From Marsupella aquatica (lineage: Eukaryota > Plantae > Marchantiophyta): a stretch of DNA of 64,000 nt. Positions 60,266 to 64,000 of the stretch are shown here, piece by piece (position 1 is the stretch's first letter; each line of letters begins with the position of its first letter). Made by a program: the position numbers and the translations under genes. Location of the stretch: the NCBI GenBank assembly GCA_973895155.1, contig OZ316892.1:8105251-8169250 (forward strand), written 5' to 3'. The notes under the pieces were generated by a model. The model worked only from the letters and a program-made list of their open reading frames with translations. It was not told the origin of the DNA and did no database searches.

Positions 60266-63200
60266 GACTGCGGTCTCTATTACGCATTGCTCAAATATTT
60301 ATTTCCCGTTTGAAAATGATGTGCTACAGTGATTGCTCGCAAGGAAGGGTGTATCGTACTCAGCTGGATAAGATATACCCAATTTCTTGATGTTTGACCG
60401 AGAGCGTGACCTCTATAAGAGCTTAGGATTCAATTTTGGCCATCACAGATAGTGTCCTTGAAATAGAATTGTGTGTACATACCTTTTGATCTTCCATACA
60501 GTGATGGGAGGAAATGGGGTTGTCAACAGATCCATTATTCTTTTTCAGTCTCCATCTTATACATGTTTACGGTAGTGCATTGACAAAGTCACACCCCGAA
60601 ATTGGATTAAAACACAAGCCTTTAGTAAACATTAACTGCAGTGTGGACAGTTTTGCTATATGGACAGTTTGTTAGAGAATCAACCAAAAAAACTTGCGCC
60701 TATAGGGCTTGTACATATCTCGATGTCAGTTACTGCAGAGATTAACTGGATCAATTTCATTCATTGAGTGAAAAATTTTGCATTTAAATCTGGGCCATCT
60801 ATATCCTGAATGTTTATCAAGACGTGAGTCTTTCAACTTCGTTTCTTTGATTATGCAAAGGATTGATAAGTCTGTCTAGTCGTTACATTTTCAAACCAAT
60901 TCTCAAATAAGAGGAAACATTCTCAACCATTTTGTCTAGGAATCTCCCTGTTTGTCGTTGTTACATAACCGCCCTTTCCATTGAAAGTTGTTCTACAGGC
61001 TTACAACCTGGCATTTTTCCCCACTCCTTAGTTTTTGACCAATGAAGCAGGAGTATGGGATGCCCCCTTTCTTTCCTCATGTGCCCTCACTAATGTCGAA
61101 TTGTGATTGAATACTGTCTCTGCCTGAACACACCCAATTGTGATTGAATACTGTCTTCCCCTAAACACAATGCCATGGCAAGTACTAAAATGGAAATTTT
61201 TGGTCCAGTGATGAATTTGTGCGTGCCAGGTATTGCGTTGAATGGAAGTGTTTGTAGCCACATCAGATGTTGTGTTGAGTTAGATAATAAAGTATTTTAC
61301 AATGAGCACAAAAGGTACAAAAATCATGAATCATATGACAATACAAATAATCAATTAGTTTTTAGCTCATGGACCCATCTCTCTATAGTGAAATTTTAAA
61401 TCAATATGAGATAAGTAATTGGAAACATTTTTAAATGTTGTATCAAAGTTATATATCTTGTTGGATAAATTCTAAGTGATCATTTATAATCATGTGAACA
61501 AAGCATGTAGGGATCATGGAGTAACGTGGAACTACAATGGAAGAATTTGGATCTCTACTCTAGTGCTCATTTTGCTTCCCCCTAATTTTAACTTGCTTGT
61601 ACCTTCATGATTATTGAAACTAATTGTCTAGATCACCTTTAATCTTGGATCTTTTCCCTAGTTACTATTCATTATTTATCTCCTACTTGCCTCCAAATCA
61701 TTGTCTAATTATGAAGCAAACCCAAACATTTCACTATGGGAGCTTCATCTTCACCCATTTCTCAAACTCATGGAAACTTATGAATTTTTGAATTTGTTTG
61801 GCTTTCCAATGAACCTAACAGTCATTGGTAGATGTTGTTAAGTATTTAGGAGATTATGAGTTTTATTTTCTCTAGTTATGTAACAATGACATTGACTAGA
61901 GAAAGAAAGACTAGTGACGAGGGCTCATCAAGAAGCTTGTTAGCTTGCCAGGCTATTTCTTCTTGTTGAAGTGCATGTAACCCACACTGGGTGAATCACA
62001 CATCTCTGTGTCAGTGTCGATTATATGCTGTATACTCGTTCCGTGTGACTTCGATTATATGTTGTATACTCGTTCCATGTGACTTTCTGCTGTCCGAGGG
62101 ACTGATCTACTCTAACCTGGTACAAGTGTATGATTTGCATCTAATATGAAAGGACTAGCTCATACCCAGTGCCTACCACACAGGGTTATCCACCTGTCTT
62201 TTGTTTTTGGCACATGGATGGGTCATGATCTCACACATACCAAGCCTGTCTCCATGATTAAAATTAGCTGAGCATGGGTAAGATGGTAAAATAGGTGAGC
62301 ATGGACACAATGCTAAAATTAGCCGACCAATGGTCAGCAGGCTTGGATCTTCCAGCATATACCATCTAAGTTGATTTGATCTGCTTCTAGAATTACACAA
62401 GCATGGGTCCATTCCTAATATTAGCCAAGTATGGGTTCCCAAGCATGTACCTGTTCTAAAATTTGCTGAACATGGTTCTTCAAATAAGTCAAGCTACCAC
62501 TAAACCAAGGATGTGTAAGTAATATGGGCCCATGCTCATGTACATGCTACGAATTGTTTTTGTTGCTGTTCCAAACCACACAACTTGTTCGCAATACAGG
62601 TACAACATGAACCACATAGATCTCCATTGGGACTGGGGTAAAGACTGGAGATTCAGCGAATGACCTATCATGTGTCTAGCTGAGAGTAGCAGAAATGAAA
62701 GGACTCATCGTGACTGACTGCTCATGTGGGCAAACACACGCTGGTAGCTCGGTGGGAAGTACATGGAGCATTGATCCAGGGACAACTTTTAGTAAGAATC
62801 CCAAAAGAGGGTTACTTTTCATTTGTCCAGCAGCCAAAGCAATTAGAGACACCAAACATTGCACTCTGTCTAGCATAAGCCACTGTAGACAGGAAAATGA
62901 AGCCGGGGTGAGACACAACAGCCACCCAATGATGGCTTCCATTTTACAGGGGGAAATATTCACCTTCCCTATGAAAGTTCTGTGACACATTTCCCGCCAC
63001 TAAGCTGGATCAGCTCTCATTGTATCAATCTTCCTTCTCTATTTGGCTAGATCGAAATCTCGCCCATCAAAGAGGGTAATCTGTATGTAACCGGAAAAAT
63101 CTCACATCTGCCGCTCCACTGAAATCTCTGCTACTTCTCAGGCTTGCAAACCCACACGCGTCGACCAGCCCGTTACACGTGTGTTCGGACAGAATTATAG

Positions 63201-63500
63201 TCGTGTGACTCATTACTGGATATGTCGATTGATGCAGCTCTAGGTCACTCATGACAGCTGTGAGTCACCGAGGACTGAAGGTACAGACACTCCCGCCCAG
63301 TCCTTTGCGTGAGAAAGTCCCACAGCTCCATTTGTCAAGTTTCTGGATGTCCCACAGGCCCGCGAGAAAAATTTCCCGTTTGCCAACCTGTTTGACGAGG
63401 ACCTAGCTGAGTTCTGGCAAACGGGATGAAAGGGGACAGATTCCTTACCCAGAAAACAATAATTTTACAAGAACAGAACAGGGTGTTGGAAGAAAGCCAA

Positions 63501-64000
63501 TCACAGCCATTTTTCTGTTAGTTCCTTGTGTTCAGACCAGACATATGTGACAACTATACCAATCAGCAAGACTACAATTGTTAAGAGCAATAAGGCATAG
63601 TTGAACTCTTCCGTTAGCGAATCGTATGTGCGGGATGGAGCTGTTTGGGTGTAAAATAAGTCGTTGCCGTAGGCAAAGACAAGCGAGGTTGACTCCAGGC
63701 TAGCAGGTACAGTCAAGATGCCACGCAAACCGGCAATTTGGTACGCTTGCGAAAGGTAGGCCTGCCATGAAAATTATTGAACAAAAGGCAGTTGCCATTA
63801 GAACTTCATGACCTAAAAGCCTGTCCAGATTCTAAAAGAATTCCATATTAAATTATTCCCTCCATTCCAGCATTATCTTGATGTTTGTATAGATGATAAA
63901 AATCAACCTTCAGAGAATTTACGAGAGATTCTGTCATTGTACCTGAGGTTGAATGGGCATGCTATCCGTCAAAGGAAGTATTCCCTCTTCTCTCTCGGCT
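63501..64000 (-). CDS. EMC1: ER membrane protein complex subunit 1, 3' end (gene continues beyond the window)
   Basis: Exons >64000-63943 (AEREEGILPLTDSMPIQPQ) and 63761-63501 (AYLSQAYQIAGLRGILTVPASLESTSLVFAYGNDLFYTQTAPSRTYDSLTEEFNYALLLLTIVVL...ELTEKWL*). This is the EMC1 C-terminal signature with the TM helix. Confidence 0.93.

Overview
This is eukaryotic land-plant nuclear DNA. The spliceosomal introns, gene set and transposon types suggest a non-seed plant such as a bryophyte, though that is inference. Seven protein-coding genes can be built by hand: an intronless glutamine-dependent asparagine synthetase (-), a multi-exon mitochondrial ribosomal protein uS15m (-), an intronless tubulin cofactor C (+), protein phosphatase PP7 (-), plastid DapB/HTPA reductase (+, with a GC-AG intron), an NF-YC subunit (+, last exon unresolved) and the 3' end of EMC1 (-). 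The intergenic DNA holds decayed mobile elements (Ty1/copia, a CRE-like RLE retroelement, LINE fragments, tRNA-derived SINEs, a pogo-like transposase) and many tandem repeats. The most unusual observations are: (i) six or seven short, symmetric phase-1 exons in uS15m, most encoding a Trp-centred repeat, one starting with a recursive-splice-like AG|GTAAG; (ii) six exact ATGCAATTCA 10-mers just upstream of asparagine synthetase; (iii) nine CCAAT boxes in a minisatellite upstream of the NF-YC gene itself; (iv) a ~1.6 kb degenerate array with a ~56-bp period. No CRISPR array, rRNA or true tRNA gene was found. All gene models and family calls were made by eye and from recalled motifs, without database searches.
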